Origin: Candidatus Woesearchaeota archaeon
GTDB taxonomy: Archaea; Nanobdellota; Nanobdellia; Woesearchaeales; JAZDKJ01
Length of the DNA: 64,000 nt
NCBI GenBank assembly: GCA_043803105.1
Contig: JAZDKJ010000005.1
Location: 32,001 to 96,000 of the forward strand
Direction of reading: 5' to 3'
Shown: one piece after another, positions 1-9,138 of the stretch
Layout: each line of letters begins with the position of its first letter
Numbering within the stretch: position 1 is the first letter of the stretch
Position numbers and translations under genes: made by a program
Notes under the pieces: model-generated
What the model saw: the letters and a program-made list of their open reading frames with translations, nothing else
The model's database searches: none
Told to the model about the DNA's origin: nothing

Positions 1-459
1 ATAATCGCTGGAAAGTGTCCAAGGGGTTCGAATGCCCACAAACCAATTTCGCCTTGACTTGCGCATAATAAAACCCATGATTAAGAAAAGGACAGCAAAA
101 GCAGGAACAATAAGTGCATTCATGTTGTAAGTAATGCCAAGATTCCAAACAATAGTAAGAACATAAACATATAGGAGGAACAAGATTATGACAAGGACTA
201 AAAGGTCATAATAGGCCAAGAACTTCTTAATATTTTTTTTCAAGGGATCAATCAAAGGAATCACAAGGAAAAGTATCCACAATCCGGTAATAAGGAAAGG
301 AAGCCCAAAAAGGCCCCAAAACCTGGGAAGATGGCCATTAACCTGGCCTTGAGAGTTCCAGTGAGATGCAATCATAGCAGGCATCGAGGGATAAAAGTAA
401 ATTGCCAAACCATAAGAGACAAGCACAAAGAACAACAGAAGCCACAAGGTTTTCCTCAT
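1..459 (-). CDS. SdpI/DUF1648-family membrane protein (runs off the left edge of the window)
   Basis: Not in the ORF track; translated by hand from ATG at 459: MRKTLWLLLFF...IASHWNSQGQVNG...IPLIDP...RNWFVGIRTPWTLSS. HW..G..NG and N..VGIRTPWTL are SdpI-family motifs. Confidence 0.85.
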   Translation of the reverse strand, partial: MRKTLWLLLFFVLVSYGLAIYFYPSMPAMIASHWNSQGQVNGHLPRFWGLFGLPFLITGLWILFLVIPLIDPLKKNIKKFLAYYDLLVLVIILFLLYVYVLTIVWNLGITYNMNALIVPAFAVLFLIMGFIMRKSRRNWFVGIRTPWTLSSDY

Positions 460-815
460 AACAACTACCAAGCAAACTGATTATATTAATGTTTGCACAC
501 ATCAGGTAAAATAGTTCACTTCCAAAAAAGAACAACACTTCTTCTGGAAAAATTTTCTTGGCAAGCTAAAAAACAATAATTCGAGGATTATACAAGTCCT
601 GTTTCATTTGGAAGAGATGCGTTTCCTTTGGAAATACGATTTCTTCCAATGGAAGACCTTGGTGAAATCGACCAAATAAAAGTCCTTAAACAAAAGAAAG
701 CAAGAAGAAAGCAGTTCTCCATCTACCCTCATGTTTGTTGCAGAATATATTTTGAAAGTTGATATTACTTAAATATGAGTGAGTACAAAAGAAGAGGTTG
801 CTTTTTTTAGGTGAT

Positions 816-3110
816 ATGGTGTCCACAGCAGAAGTAATAAAGGCAAATGGCAAGCGTGAACCTTTTTCTGAAGAAAAGCTAAGCTTTGCACTGGCAAGGG
901 CTGATGTGCCGAAAAAAGATATAGACAGGATTGTAGCAGAAATAACACAGAAGGTGTACAATCTTATTCCAACAAGCCAGCTCAGAAAGTGGGTAATTGA
1001 TGAACTCGATAAGATAGACCCAAAATACAGCCATGGGTTCAAGTATAAGAAAAAAGAAGTCCATGTAGTAGGCGGTTTTGGGATATCACAGCTAAAAGAC
1101 GTCTATGAGACGTTCCAGAAGCAAAAAATCGTTGATTCTCTAATCAGGGAAACAGGCATGCCACAAGAGGTTGCGGAGGAAATAGCAAACGAAGCAGAGC
1201 ATTTCCTAATCGAGACAGACATACGAAACATCTCAGGATCGATGATCAGAGAGATAGTCAACTACATACTGATCTCAAGAAACCTGGAAAAGTATTATGC
1301 AGACTATACGAAGATCGGCATGCCTGTTTTTGAAATAACCAGACTGATGAGCAGAGCAAGCCATGACAACGCAAACCAGCAGTACAACCCGGAAACAGTG
1401 CACAAGCTAATCGCTGACACAATATCCAGGAGCTACTCACTCACAAAAGACCTGCCACAAAGGCTAAGGGACGCTCATATACATGGGGAGCTGCACATAC
1501 ATGACCTGGACTATTTTTCAACAAGACCTTTCTGCTTCTCTTATGACCTGAGGTTCTTCCTCCAGCATGGGCTAAAACCAGACGGAACTGGAGTACACGC
1601 TGCAATGGCTGGGCCGGCGCAAAGCGCATCAGTTGCAATACTTCATGCAGCAAAGATTTTGGCATGCGGCCAAGTCAATTGCGCAGGAGGCCAAGGATTC
1701 AACTGGTTCAATGTGATACTTGCTCCGTACCTGAGAGGGCTTGACTACAAGCAGATAAAGCAGATGGCGCAGATGTTCATATACGAAATGAGCATGATGT
1801 ATGTTTCGCGCGGAGGGCAGGTTGTATTTTCAAGCATAGACATAGAACCAGGAATACCGAAAACACTCGCAAACGTTCCAGCAGTGCAGCCAGGAGGAAA
1901 GGTAAGCGAGAGAGTAACTTACTCTGATTACCATGACGAAGCAAACAAGTTCTTCAGGGCAATCACAGAGGTGTACAACAAAGGAGACTTTAATGGCAAG
2001 CCTTTCAGCTTCCCAAAATATGAGCTAAAGGTCTCAAAGGAAGACTTCAGCAAATACCCTGAAGAGATGAGGCTTGTAAGCGAGCTAGCTGCAAAGAACG
2101 GCGCACCATACTATTTTGTGCAGCAAGACTATCTGCCAGAATACAGCTGCTACCAGTGCTGCGCATACCTGATGCCATTATCAGAACAGAACACAGACGA
2201 TGATGTTTTCAACGGGACAGTAAGGGGCGGAGGGCTTCAGGTGGTGACAATTAACCTGCCGCAAATAGCTTATGAGGCAAAGGGAAATGATGACAAATTA
2301 TTCACACTCCTCAGAGACCGCATGGACAAAGCAAAAGAAGTGATGCACATTAAACAGGAGATAATTCGAAGAAGAATGGAGCAAGGCCTGCTGCCATTCC
2401 TATCACAGCCTATAGACAACAAAGGCACCCCCTATCTACTAGTGGACAAACAGGGGCTGGAAATAGGAATGGTAGGCCTTAATGAAATGCTTAAGGCGCA
2501 CATAGGGAAGGAACTGCACGAAAGCAAAGAGGCATGGAGCTATGGGCTAAAAGTCATACAGAGAATGAAAGAAATCGCAGCAGAATACAAGAAAGAGACA
2601 GGATACCTTTTCGGAATATCAAGGACTCCGGCAGAGACAGCAGCATACAGGCTTGCAAAGATAGACATGAAAAAATACCCTAATGCTGTAGTGCAGGGAG
2701 ACAAGACAACAGAGGCTGTATATTACACAAACTCGACACACATAAGACCTAGCGCAAACGTTGCACTAGGTGAAAGGATAAAGACAGAGGGAAGCTTTCA
2801 TCCATTGCTTGACGCCGGCGCGATGAGCCATGTGTGGCTCGGAGAAGGAGCACCTGACCCAGAATCTATTACAAAACTTACTGAAAGAATAGCCAGGAAC
2901 ACACTTACAAGCTACTTCGCTTACACAAGAGACCTCACGATATGCAACAACTGCTTATTCACTGTCGCAGGGGTGCTGCACACATGCCCGAAGTGCAAGA
3001 GCAAAAACATAGACTGGCTATCAAGAATCACAGGATATTACCAAAGAGTAAGCACTTGGAACAAGGGAAAAAGACAGGAATTCCTTGATAGGCAGAGGTA
3101 CACCTTATGA
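816..3110 (+). CDS. nrdD: Anaerobic (class III) ribonucleoside-triphosphate reductase, paralog 1, with two N-terminal ATP-cone-like domains
   Basis: HIHDLDY..RPFC, GGQ, finger loop YQCC, TPAE, YYTNS, CxxC..CxxC Zn site and glycyl-radical motif SRITGYY. SD-like AGGTGAT lies just before ATG 816. Confidence 0.95.
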   Translation: MVSTAEVIKANGKREPFSEEKLSFALARADVPKKDIDRIVAEITQKVYNLIPTSQLRKWVIDELDKIDPKYSHGFKYKKKEVHVVGGFGISQLKDVYETFQKQKIVDSLIRETGMPQEVAEEIANEAEHFLIETDIRNISGSMIREIVNYILISRNLEKYYADYTKIGMPVFEITRLMSRASHDNANQQYNPETVHKLIADTISRSYSLTKDLPQRLRDAHIHGELHIHDLDYFSTRPFCFSYDLRFFLQHGLKPDGTGVHAAMAGPAQSASVAILHAAKILACGQVNCAGGQGFNWFNVILAPYLRGLDYKQIKQMAQMFIYEMSMMYVSRGGQVVFSSIDIEPGIPKTLANVPAVQPGGKVSERVTYSDYHDEANKFFRAITEVYNKGDFNGKPFSFPKYELKVSKEDFSKYPEEMRLVSELAAKNGAPYYFVQQDYLPEYSCYQCCAYLMPLSEQNTDDDVFNGTVRGGGLQVVTINLPQIAYEAKGNDDKLFTLLRDRMDKAKEVMHIKQEIIRRRMEQGLLPFLSQPIDNKGTPYLLVDKQGLEIGMVGLNEMLKAHIGKELHESKEAWSYGLKVIQRMKEIAAEYKKETGYLFGISRTPAETAAYRLAKIDMKKYPNAVVQGDKTTEAVYYTNSTHIRPSANVALGERIKTEGSFHPLLDAGAMSHVWLGEGAPDPESITKLTERIARNTLTSYFAYTRDLTICNNCLFTVAGVLHTCPKCKSKNIDWLSRITGYYQRVSTWNKGKRQEFLDRQRYTL

Positions 3111-4756
3111 ATCTCAAGCTGATCGAAGAAGAGCAGAGCTCTGACGGAAGAAAGGGATGGCCATGCGCAGTACATGACAGGATAGCCTACCCTAAAGAGA
3201 AAAAAGCGAGCGAAGCAAACGTTACTGTAACATTCCTATGGACAATGAGAGACGAGGTGCTGCCAAAACTAGAGAAAAAAAACCTAGCGCTTGCAAGCAA
3301 CTTCTACACGCCAGCCGGCCTTGTAGGCATGGTAAGGAACATACTTGGCAACCCATACATAAGGTATATAATATTGTTGGGTGAAGAATATGCATCGAGA
3401 GCAGCTGACGACCAGAAAACAGAATTGACATCAGCAAACGCGTTACGGGCATTCTTTGAGAAAGGGATTGACAAGGACAGAAGAATAGCGGGCTTTGAGA
3501 ACTCAGTGCACTTTGACAAGAACATACTTACAGAGATGATAGAACTAGTGAGAAAGAATGTGGCGCTGATCGACCTGAACAAGAAAATGCCCAAGGCAAG
3601 CTTGCTCGAGAAAATAAGCGAAGCAAACAGGTTGATAACCAGCCTTGAGAAAAAACCAGCTTTCATGGAAAAACCGGCTGTGTTTGAATATGAGAAAACA
3701 ACAGAGGCAATGCCTTACGAGGGAGGCCCAATAATCATACATGGCAATAAGATACCAGAAACATGGGTTGAGGTAATACACAATATATATAGGTACGGAA
3801 GGCCAAACCTGATGAACGCAAACACAGACAGGTGGGTAAAGGAAATCAACAATCTGGTGGCAATAATTCATGAACCACAAAGCATTGACTTAGCCCTGAA
3901 CCCGTTCCTTGTGCCGATGACAATGGAGAAAATCGAGGCGTACAAAAAGGAGGTATTATCACCAATACTTCCTGCAGGAAAGGCATACACCTACGGAAAC
4001 AAGCTAAGGGCATACACATGCCTAGGCCAAGACGTGAAGAGACTAAGGAATGCCACAGAATACAAGGACTTTGAGTTCGGGCAAGGGCCACATGTAGACG
4101 CAAATGTGAACTACATAGGAGAGATATGCGAGGTAGACCAGATAGCTGACATAGTAGAAGTGCTTAAAAGAGACCCTTACTCAAAGGCATGCGTAGCAAT
4201 CACATGGCATGTGCAGGACGAACTTATGAGAAAACACAAGAGCAGCCCGTGCCTTGCGATAATGCAGGCACTGGTGCAAGACGAAAGACTACAGCTAATG
4301 GTCTTTTTCAGGAGCCATGACATGGTACAGGGATGGCCAGAGAACGCTTACGGCTGCGCAGCAATACAAAAATTCATAGCAGACGGCATAGGAATTGAGA
4401 CTGGCTTACTCACAATAATATCAGGAAGCGCACACGTGTATGCACACTACTATGCGCAGGTAGAAGAGATGCTCAAGAAGCACAGAAGGCTTACGGTTGA
4501 CTACAAGGACCCAAGGGGAGACTACACGATAGATGTGAAAAACAAAAAAATAATTGCCACACTAGTTGATGCAAACAACGGGAAAGAGCTCGAAAGATTT
4601 GAGTCGGCAACAGCGCTCGAGTGCGCAAGAAAAATAACAGCAGCAAACAACTTCAACGCACAGCACGCAGCATACCTAGGGATAGAACTATCAAGAGCAG
4701 AACAAAGCATAAGAAACAACATTGCCTACAGGCAGGACGCAGAAGATGAAAGCTGA
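3107..4756 (+). CDS. thyA: Thymidylate synthase (ThyA fold) fused to an N-terminal MtrA-like domain and a C-terminal DUF4346-like domain
   Basis: ThyA motifs YTYG..LR, SPC (catalytic Cys), RSHD..GWPEN, SAHVY. N-terminal RNILGNPYIRYIILLG resembles MtrA. C-terminal DPRG..HAAYLGIELSRAE resembles DUF4346. Confidence 0.8.
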   Translation: MNLKLIEEEQSSDGRKGWPCAVHDRIAYPKEKKASEANVTVTFLWTMRDEVLPKLEKKNLALASNFYTPAGLVGMVRNILGNPYIRYIILLGEEYASRAADDQKTELTSANALRAFFEKGIDKDRRIAGFENSVHFDKNILTEMIELVRKNVALIDLNKKMPKASLLEKISEANRLITSLEKKPAFMEKPAVFEYEKTTEAMPYEGGPIIIHGNKIPETWVEVIHNIYRYGRPNLMNANTDRWVKEINNLVAIIHEPQSIDLALNPFLVPMTMEKIEAYKKEVLSPILPAGKAYTYGNKLRAYTCLGQDVKRLRNATEYKDFEFGQGPHVDANVNYIGEICEVDQIADIVEVLKRDPYSKACVAITWHVQDELMRKHKSSPCLAIMQALVQDERLQLMVFFRSHDMVQGWPENAYGCAAIQKFIADGIGIETGLLTIISGSAHVYAHYYAQVEEMLKKHRRLTVDYKDPRGDYTIDVKNKKIIATLVDANNGKELERFESATALECARKITAANNFNAQHAAYLGIELSRAEQSIRNNIAYRQDAEDES

Positions 4757-6812
4757 GAACGGAAAAACACTACTAACAGCATTCGGTGACATAGGAGAGC
4801 TATCACAAGAGAAGATAGAGGGATCACTGCTGAAAGAGACATCAATAGGACAGGAAAAGGCGCATGCAATAGCACAAGAGTCGTACGAAGAACTCGTAAA
4901 AATGAAAGTGCCAAAAACAACAAACCTTGTAAGAGAGGTAGTGTGCATAAAACTCCTTGAAAACGGGCTGGAAAAAGAAAACAAGGAATATGCAAGACTG
5001 GGCATGCCTGTGTATGACATAAAGAAGACCATATTCGTGAAAGACAAGGAGAACGCAAACACAAATTATAACCTTGACTCAATCCACAAGAAACTGGCTG
5101 ACTCTATATCAAGCCAATACACTCTGTTCTATTTATTACCGCCTGAAGTAAGCAAGGCGCACATGACAGGACAACTGCACATACACGACCTTGATTATTT
5201 CCCGACAAGGCCGTTCTGCTTCGAGCATGACATACGATTCTTCCTAAAAGAGGGATTCATGTCAGACGGGAAAGGCGTACACACCGCTGTTTCCGGGCCT
5301 GCAAAGTCGCTTGCGGTTGCATTGATACATGCAGCAAGAATATTGATACTGAGCTCAACATACTTCTCAGGAGGCCAGGGGTATGATTCGCTGAATGTTT
5401 TCCTCGCGCCTTATGCAAAAGGCCTCAGCTTTGATGAGCTCAAACAGGCAATACAAGCATTTGTATTTGAACTGGACCAGTTGGATGTAGTGAAGGGAGG
5501 GCAGACACCATTTACCTCGGCATCACTTGAGTTCAACATACCAAAATACCTGAAGGACATCCCTGTAGTACTGCCAGGGGGAAAACAGACAGAAAAAGAA
5601 AGCTATTTTGATTACCAAGACGAATCAAGAAGGCTAATTGATGCATTCACAGAAGTGATGATGAGGGGAGATTATGCAGGCAAGAGCTTCCACTTCCCAA
5701 AACCAGAATACAAAATCAGAAACGAGACACTGAAAGACCCAAGCGCAGAAGACACTCTGGCGAAAGTGCACAAATTGGTGGCAAAATACGGAACACCCTA
5801 CTTCCTGAACATGGCTGCACCGTACATGCCTGAGGCATTGCAGAGCCAGTGCTGCAGGTACTTCCTAAGACCTGACGGAGACTTCTGGGATGACATCAAG
5901 ACAGGAACGGTTCGAGGCGGAAGCATACAATCAGTAACAATAAACCTGCCGAATGTGGCATACCAGGCAGGAGACGAGTCAAGGATATATGAAGTGATAG
6001 ACCAGAGGCTTGCATTATGCAAGAAAGTGTTTGATGTTAAAAGAACCTGCATCAAACAGGTAATGGAATCGGGAAACGCATCATTCCTGACAATGGACTG
6101 CTATGGAAAACCATACTACAAGCTTGACAAGTCAACAAACTCTGTCGGATTTATCGGGCTAAACGAGATGGTAAAATCCCTGACAGGCGAGGAACTGCAC
6201 GAAACAGACTCTGCGTGGAAACTGGGATTAAAGATAATAAAATACCTTTCAGACAAGATAGATGAATACAAGGAAACCACGGGAGAGAGATGGGGAACAG
6301 TGCAGACTCCAGCAGAGTCGGCAGCATACAGGCTGGCAACACTTGACCTAAAAAATTTTGGGAGCAAGGCAACAGTGTGCGGGAATGTAAAGGAAGGCGA
6401 TGTATACTACACAAACTCGAGCCATGTAAACTATGGGGCAAACATACCCTTGTTCACAAGGCTAAAAATCGACTCAAGCTTCCATCCACTGGTTCAAGGC
6501 GGGGCAATATCGCACATATGGCTTGGAGAAGCAGACCCAGACCCTGGAGCATTGCTAAAGCTCACCAAGAGAATATGCACGCAAACACTGACAAGCTATT
6601 TTGCGTACACCAAGGACACAACATACTGCCACAGTTGCAAAAGAACATTTGGCGGAGTGTTTGAAAAATGCCCGAACTGCAAAGCAAGCGGAGACACAAT
6701 ATCATGGTATTCAAGGGTCACAGGATACATAACGCCGGTAAAGAGCTGGAACAAGGGAAAACTGCAGGAATTCCTTGACAGGAAAAAGTATGATATAGGA
6801 AAGGTGAGCTAG
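4746..6812 (+). CDS. nrdD: Class III ribonucleoside-triphosphate reductase, paralog 2
   Basis: HIHDLDYFPTRPFC, SQCC, TPAE, YYTNS, CHSC..CPNC, SRVTGY. ATG 4746 overlaps the thyA stop. Confidence 0.93.
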   Translation: MKAENGKTLLTAFGDIGELSQEKIEGSLLKETSIGQEKAHAIAQESYEELVKMKVPKTTNLVREVVCIKLLENGLEKENKEYARLGMPVYDIKKTIFVKDKENANTNYNLDSIHKKLADSISSQYTLFYLLPPEVSKAHMTGQLHIHDLDYFPTRPFCFEHDIRFFLKEGFMSDGKGVHTAVSGPAKSLAVALIHAARILILSSTYFSGGQGYDSLNVFLAPYAKGLSFDELKQAIQAFVFELDQLDVVKGGQTPFTSASLEFNIPKYLKDIPVVLPGGKQTEKESYFDYQDESRRLIDAFTEVMMRGDYAGKSFHFPKPEYKIRNETLKDPSAEDTLAKVHKLVAKYGTPYFLNMAAPYMPEALQSQCCRYFLRPDGDFWDDIKTGTVRGGSIQSVTINLPNVAYQAGDESRIYEVIDQRLALCKKVFDVKRTCIKQVMESGNASFLTMDCYGKPYYKLDKSTNSVGFIGLNEMVKSLTGEELHETDSAWKLGLKIIKYLSDKIDEYKETTGERWGTVQTPAESAAYRLATLDLKNFGSKATVCGNVKEGDVYYTNSSHVNYGANIPLFTRLKIDSSFHPLVQGGAISHIWLGEADPDPGALLKLTKRICTQTLTSYFAYTKDTTYCHSCKRTFGGVFEKCPNCKASGDTISWYSRVTGYITPVKSWNKGKLQEFLDRKKYDIGKVS

Positions 6813-7061
6813 GTGAAACTGATAGTATACTATGGAAAGAGCTGCCCAAAATGCCCGGCAGCAAAAAAAGTGGCAAAAGAGGCAGCTGCAGAAAAAAAGC
6901 TTGAATATGAAGAAAGGGACATAGAGCAGAACATGATAGAGGCATTGCAGCTTCAGATAGCGTCAACACCGAGCATAGTGCTGGACAACGAAGTGCTGTT
7001 CAGGAGCGAGGCTCCAAGCAAGCAGGAACTTTTGGCTGAGATAGAAAAGAGGTGCGATTAA
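6813..7061 (+). CDS. Thioredoxin/glutaredoxin-like protein (NrdH-like RNR reductant)
   Basis: CPKC motif, cis-Pro motif STP, 82 aa, located inside the RNR operon. Confidence 0.85.
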   Translation: MKLIVYYGKSCPKCPAAKKVAKEAAAEKKLEYEERDIEQNMIEALQLQIASTPSIVLDNEVLFRSEAPSKQELLAEIEKRCD

Positions 7062-7135
7062 TGACAGTAAGCTACAAGACAATACGAGAGAACAAGACGC
7101 TCACAGAATTTGTGGAGGAGGAAGAAGAATCTTAA
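7061..7135 (+). CDS. Putative 24-aa acidic small protein MTVSYKTIRENKTLTEFVEEEEES
   Basis: ATG overlaps the upstream stop (TAATG), is preceded by SD-like GAGGTG, and fills the gap before nrdG. Confidence 0.5.
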   Translation: MTVSYKTIRENKTLTEFVEEEEES

Positions 7136-7162
7136 GGTGAAGTAGATTGAGCGGGGTGCTAA

Positions 7163-7918
7163 ATGCAGGCATACATAGGGGGCATAGTCCAGATGAGCAC
7201 AGTGGACTGGCCAAAAAACGTATGCACGGTTGTTTTCTTCGCAGGATGTGACTTCAACTGTCCATACTGCCAAAACTCCACAATAATAGAGTTCAAGGAA
7301 GAATTCTTGAAGGATCTGAAAATAGTAAAGGAGGACATAAGGAAGAACCTTGACTTCATCGATGCAGTTCTTTTTTCTGGAGGAGAGCCATGCCTGCAAA
7401 GAGGGCCGTTGCTCGAACTCGCATCGTACGCAAAGAAGCTGCACCTCAAAGTAGGCATTGAGACAAACGGGTCAAAGCCTGAAGTGATAATGAACATGTT
7501 GAACGAAGGGCTTCTTGACTTTGTCGGCCTTGACATCAAGGCACCGCTAAATGATGTCAAACTCTTTGAGAAAGCGACTAAGTCGCAAACCTTCTTCAAG
7601 ACAACTGACGAGGTGGTGCAAAACCTCAGGCAGACACTAATGATTTTGAAGCAGAACCAAGACAGGCTGCAGATAGAGATAAGGACAACAATATGCCCTG
7701 GGATAACCTACAAGAAAGAGGACTTACTCGCAATAGCAGAGGAGATAAAAGAGCTAGACTGCAGGTGGTCACTGCAACAATTTCGGCCAGACATAGGGAC
7801 AATACTTGACCCAATGCTAAGGAATGTCAACTCTCCGACAAAGGAGTTCCTTGAGAACATGAAAGAGGCTGTCCTGAAGAAATACCACAACATGAGGATT
7901 GATGTGAAGGCGGTTTGA
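7163..7918 (+). CDS. nrdG: Anaerobic RNR activating enzyme (radical SAM)
   Basis: GCDFNCPYCQN (CxxxCxxC), SGGEP, ETNG, DIKAP, EIRTT; operon context. Confidence 0.92.
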   Translation: MQAYIGGIVQMSTVDWPKNVCTVVFFAGCDFNCPYCQNSTIIEFKEEFLKDLKIVKEDIRKNLDFIDAVLFSGGEPCLQRGPLLELASYAKKLHLKVGIETNGSKPEVIMNMLNEGLLDFVGLDIKAPLNDVKLFEKATKSQTFFKTTDEVVQNLRQTLMILKQNQDRLQIEIRTTICPGITYKKEDLLAIAEEIKELDCRWSLQQFRPDIGTILDPMLRNVNSPTKEFLENMKEAVLKKYHNMRIDVKAV

Positions 7919-7998
7919 GAATAAAAGGAGAACCATAAATAATCCCATCTTGTTGAAAGATGTGAAATTTTCTATGTACGCTAAATTAATCTAACCAT

Positions 7999-8721
7999 CT
8001 AGTAAACAGGATGATAGAAAGAAACAATTGTGTCTCCCGGTTTTGAGATGATATCTACAGGAGCCCTCAGATATTTTGATGCCATCTTCACAAAGTGCAA
8101 GCCAAAACCATCTCCTTTCTCAGGAATAGACCTCTGGAAATAGTACTCTGGAGATTCTGGAAATGGCCTGCCAGCATTTCTTACTTTGAATACGATAAAA
8201 TGGCTGTACTTGGTTGCATTTTCAGGAATAAAAACAGAATGGTCTGGAAAGACTGAAGGCTCAACAGCAACCTCAATTGCCTTCCCAAAATCTGGAGAAG
8301 ACCTTTGTGCTGACCCGCCGTTCTTTACGAGATTAAAGACAACGCTGTGCATGAGAGGCCTAAGCGTTAGGAAACGCGGCACTTCTTGAACTGAACCTTG
8401 GAGAGGGACATCATAAGATATCTGGCCCATATCAGAAATGAGGCGTTCAATACTAGCCTTGTCCAACCTTGTGTTGTAAAAAGCGTCAGTGAGAAAAATG
8501 CAATCATACTGGCTAAGAGCCTCAATGACTGCCTCGCCGCAAGATAAATGATCAAGAACAGCATGATATTGTTTGCTGTCAAAATCCTTACCTCCAAATT
8601 TGCAAGCAGCAGGCATTTGACTTAGCACAGCAAAATATGTCATAGAATCATGACCACATAACCTTGGTAAGCTTAGGCGTTCTTCAATTGTCAAAGGGTT
8701 GTTAAGCTCGACTTCTTTCAT
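7999..8721 (-). CDS. Orphan histidine-kinase-like (HATPase_c) protein with no sensor domain
   Basis: H-box-like GHD, N-box NLVKNG, degenerate G1 RNAG, G2 GDGFGL. Confidence 0.65.
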   Translation of the reverse strand: MKEVELNNPLTIEERLSLPRLCGHDSMTYFAVLSQMPAACKFGGKDFDSKQYHAVLDHLSCGEAVIEALSQYDCIFLTDAFYNTRLDKASIERLISDMGQISYDVPLQGSVQEVPRFLTLRPLMHSVVFNLVKNGGSAQRSSPDFGKAIEVAVEPSVFPDHSVFIPENATKYSHFIVFKVRNAGRPFPESPEYYFQRSIPEKGDGFGLHFVKMASKYLRAPVDIISKPGDTIVSFYHPVY

Positions 8722-8785
8722 GACACAGGAAACGCGATTAGGTCTTTTAAAGGTATTCCCAGAACAACAACTATTTATACCATAT

Positions 8786-8986
8786 TTAAGCAGTCTGTGC
8801 TTCCAAAAGCGTTTTTTTGTTAACTATCTTGCTGGCGTTCAATATTTCAAGGCCCAGCAATTTACCCTTTTCATCCAAATCAAGAATAATATCTTCCTTG
8901 AGCTCAACAGTCTTCTTTACTGGTCTGGGAGGATACTCCAAATAGATATAGGCTGCGTCAACTTCCTTGTCATATTCGAATTTCAT
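8786..8986 (-). CDS. DUF2283-family small protein (putative antitoxin)
   Basis: YDKEVDAAYI...IILDLDEKGKLLGLEILNAS signature. Confidence 0.85.
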   Translation of the reverse strand: MKFEYDKEVDAAYIYLEYPPRPVKKTVELKEDIILDLDEKGKLLGLEILNASKIVNKKTLLEAQTA

Positions 8987-8990
8987 GGTC

Positions 8991-9038
8991 TTAAATAACG
9001 GTAACTATCTTTATAAAAGTTTCTTCTTCAGTATAGAC
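8991..9038 (-). pseudogene. Possible 3' remnant of a DUF4258-like toxin gene
   Basis: Reads VYTEEETFIKIVTVI*, ending 4 nt before the DUF2283 ATG; an in-frame TAG lies immediately upstream. Confidence 0.4.
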
Positions 9039-9138
9039 CTATGGGAGGTGATTGCATTATACAATGTGAGCCTTAGAAAGAAAAGCAACAACATTCCTTG
9101 CGACAACTTTTTATACCACTCATTACTGAAAGCTTATT

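Noticed and set aside
470-790. Short minus-strand ORFs upstream of nrdD
   Set aside because: Several short frames exist with no recognisable motif; they could be decayed sequence but cannot be supported.
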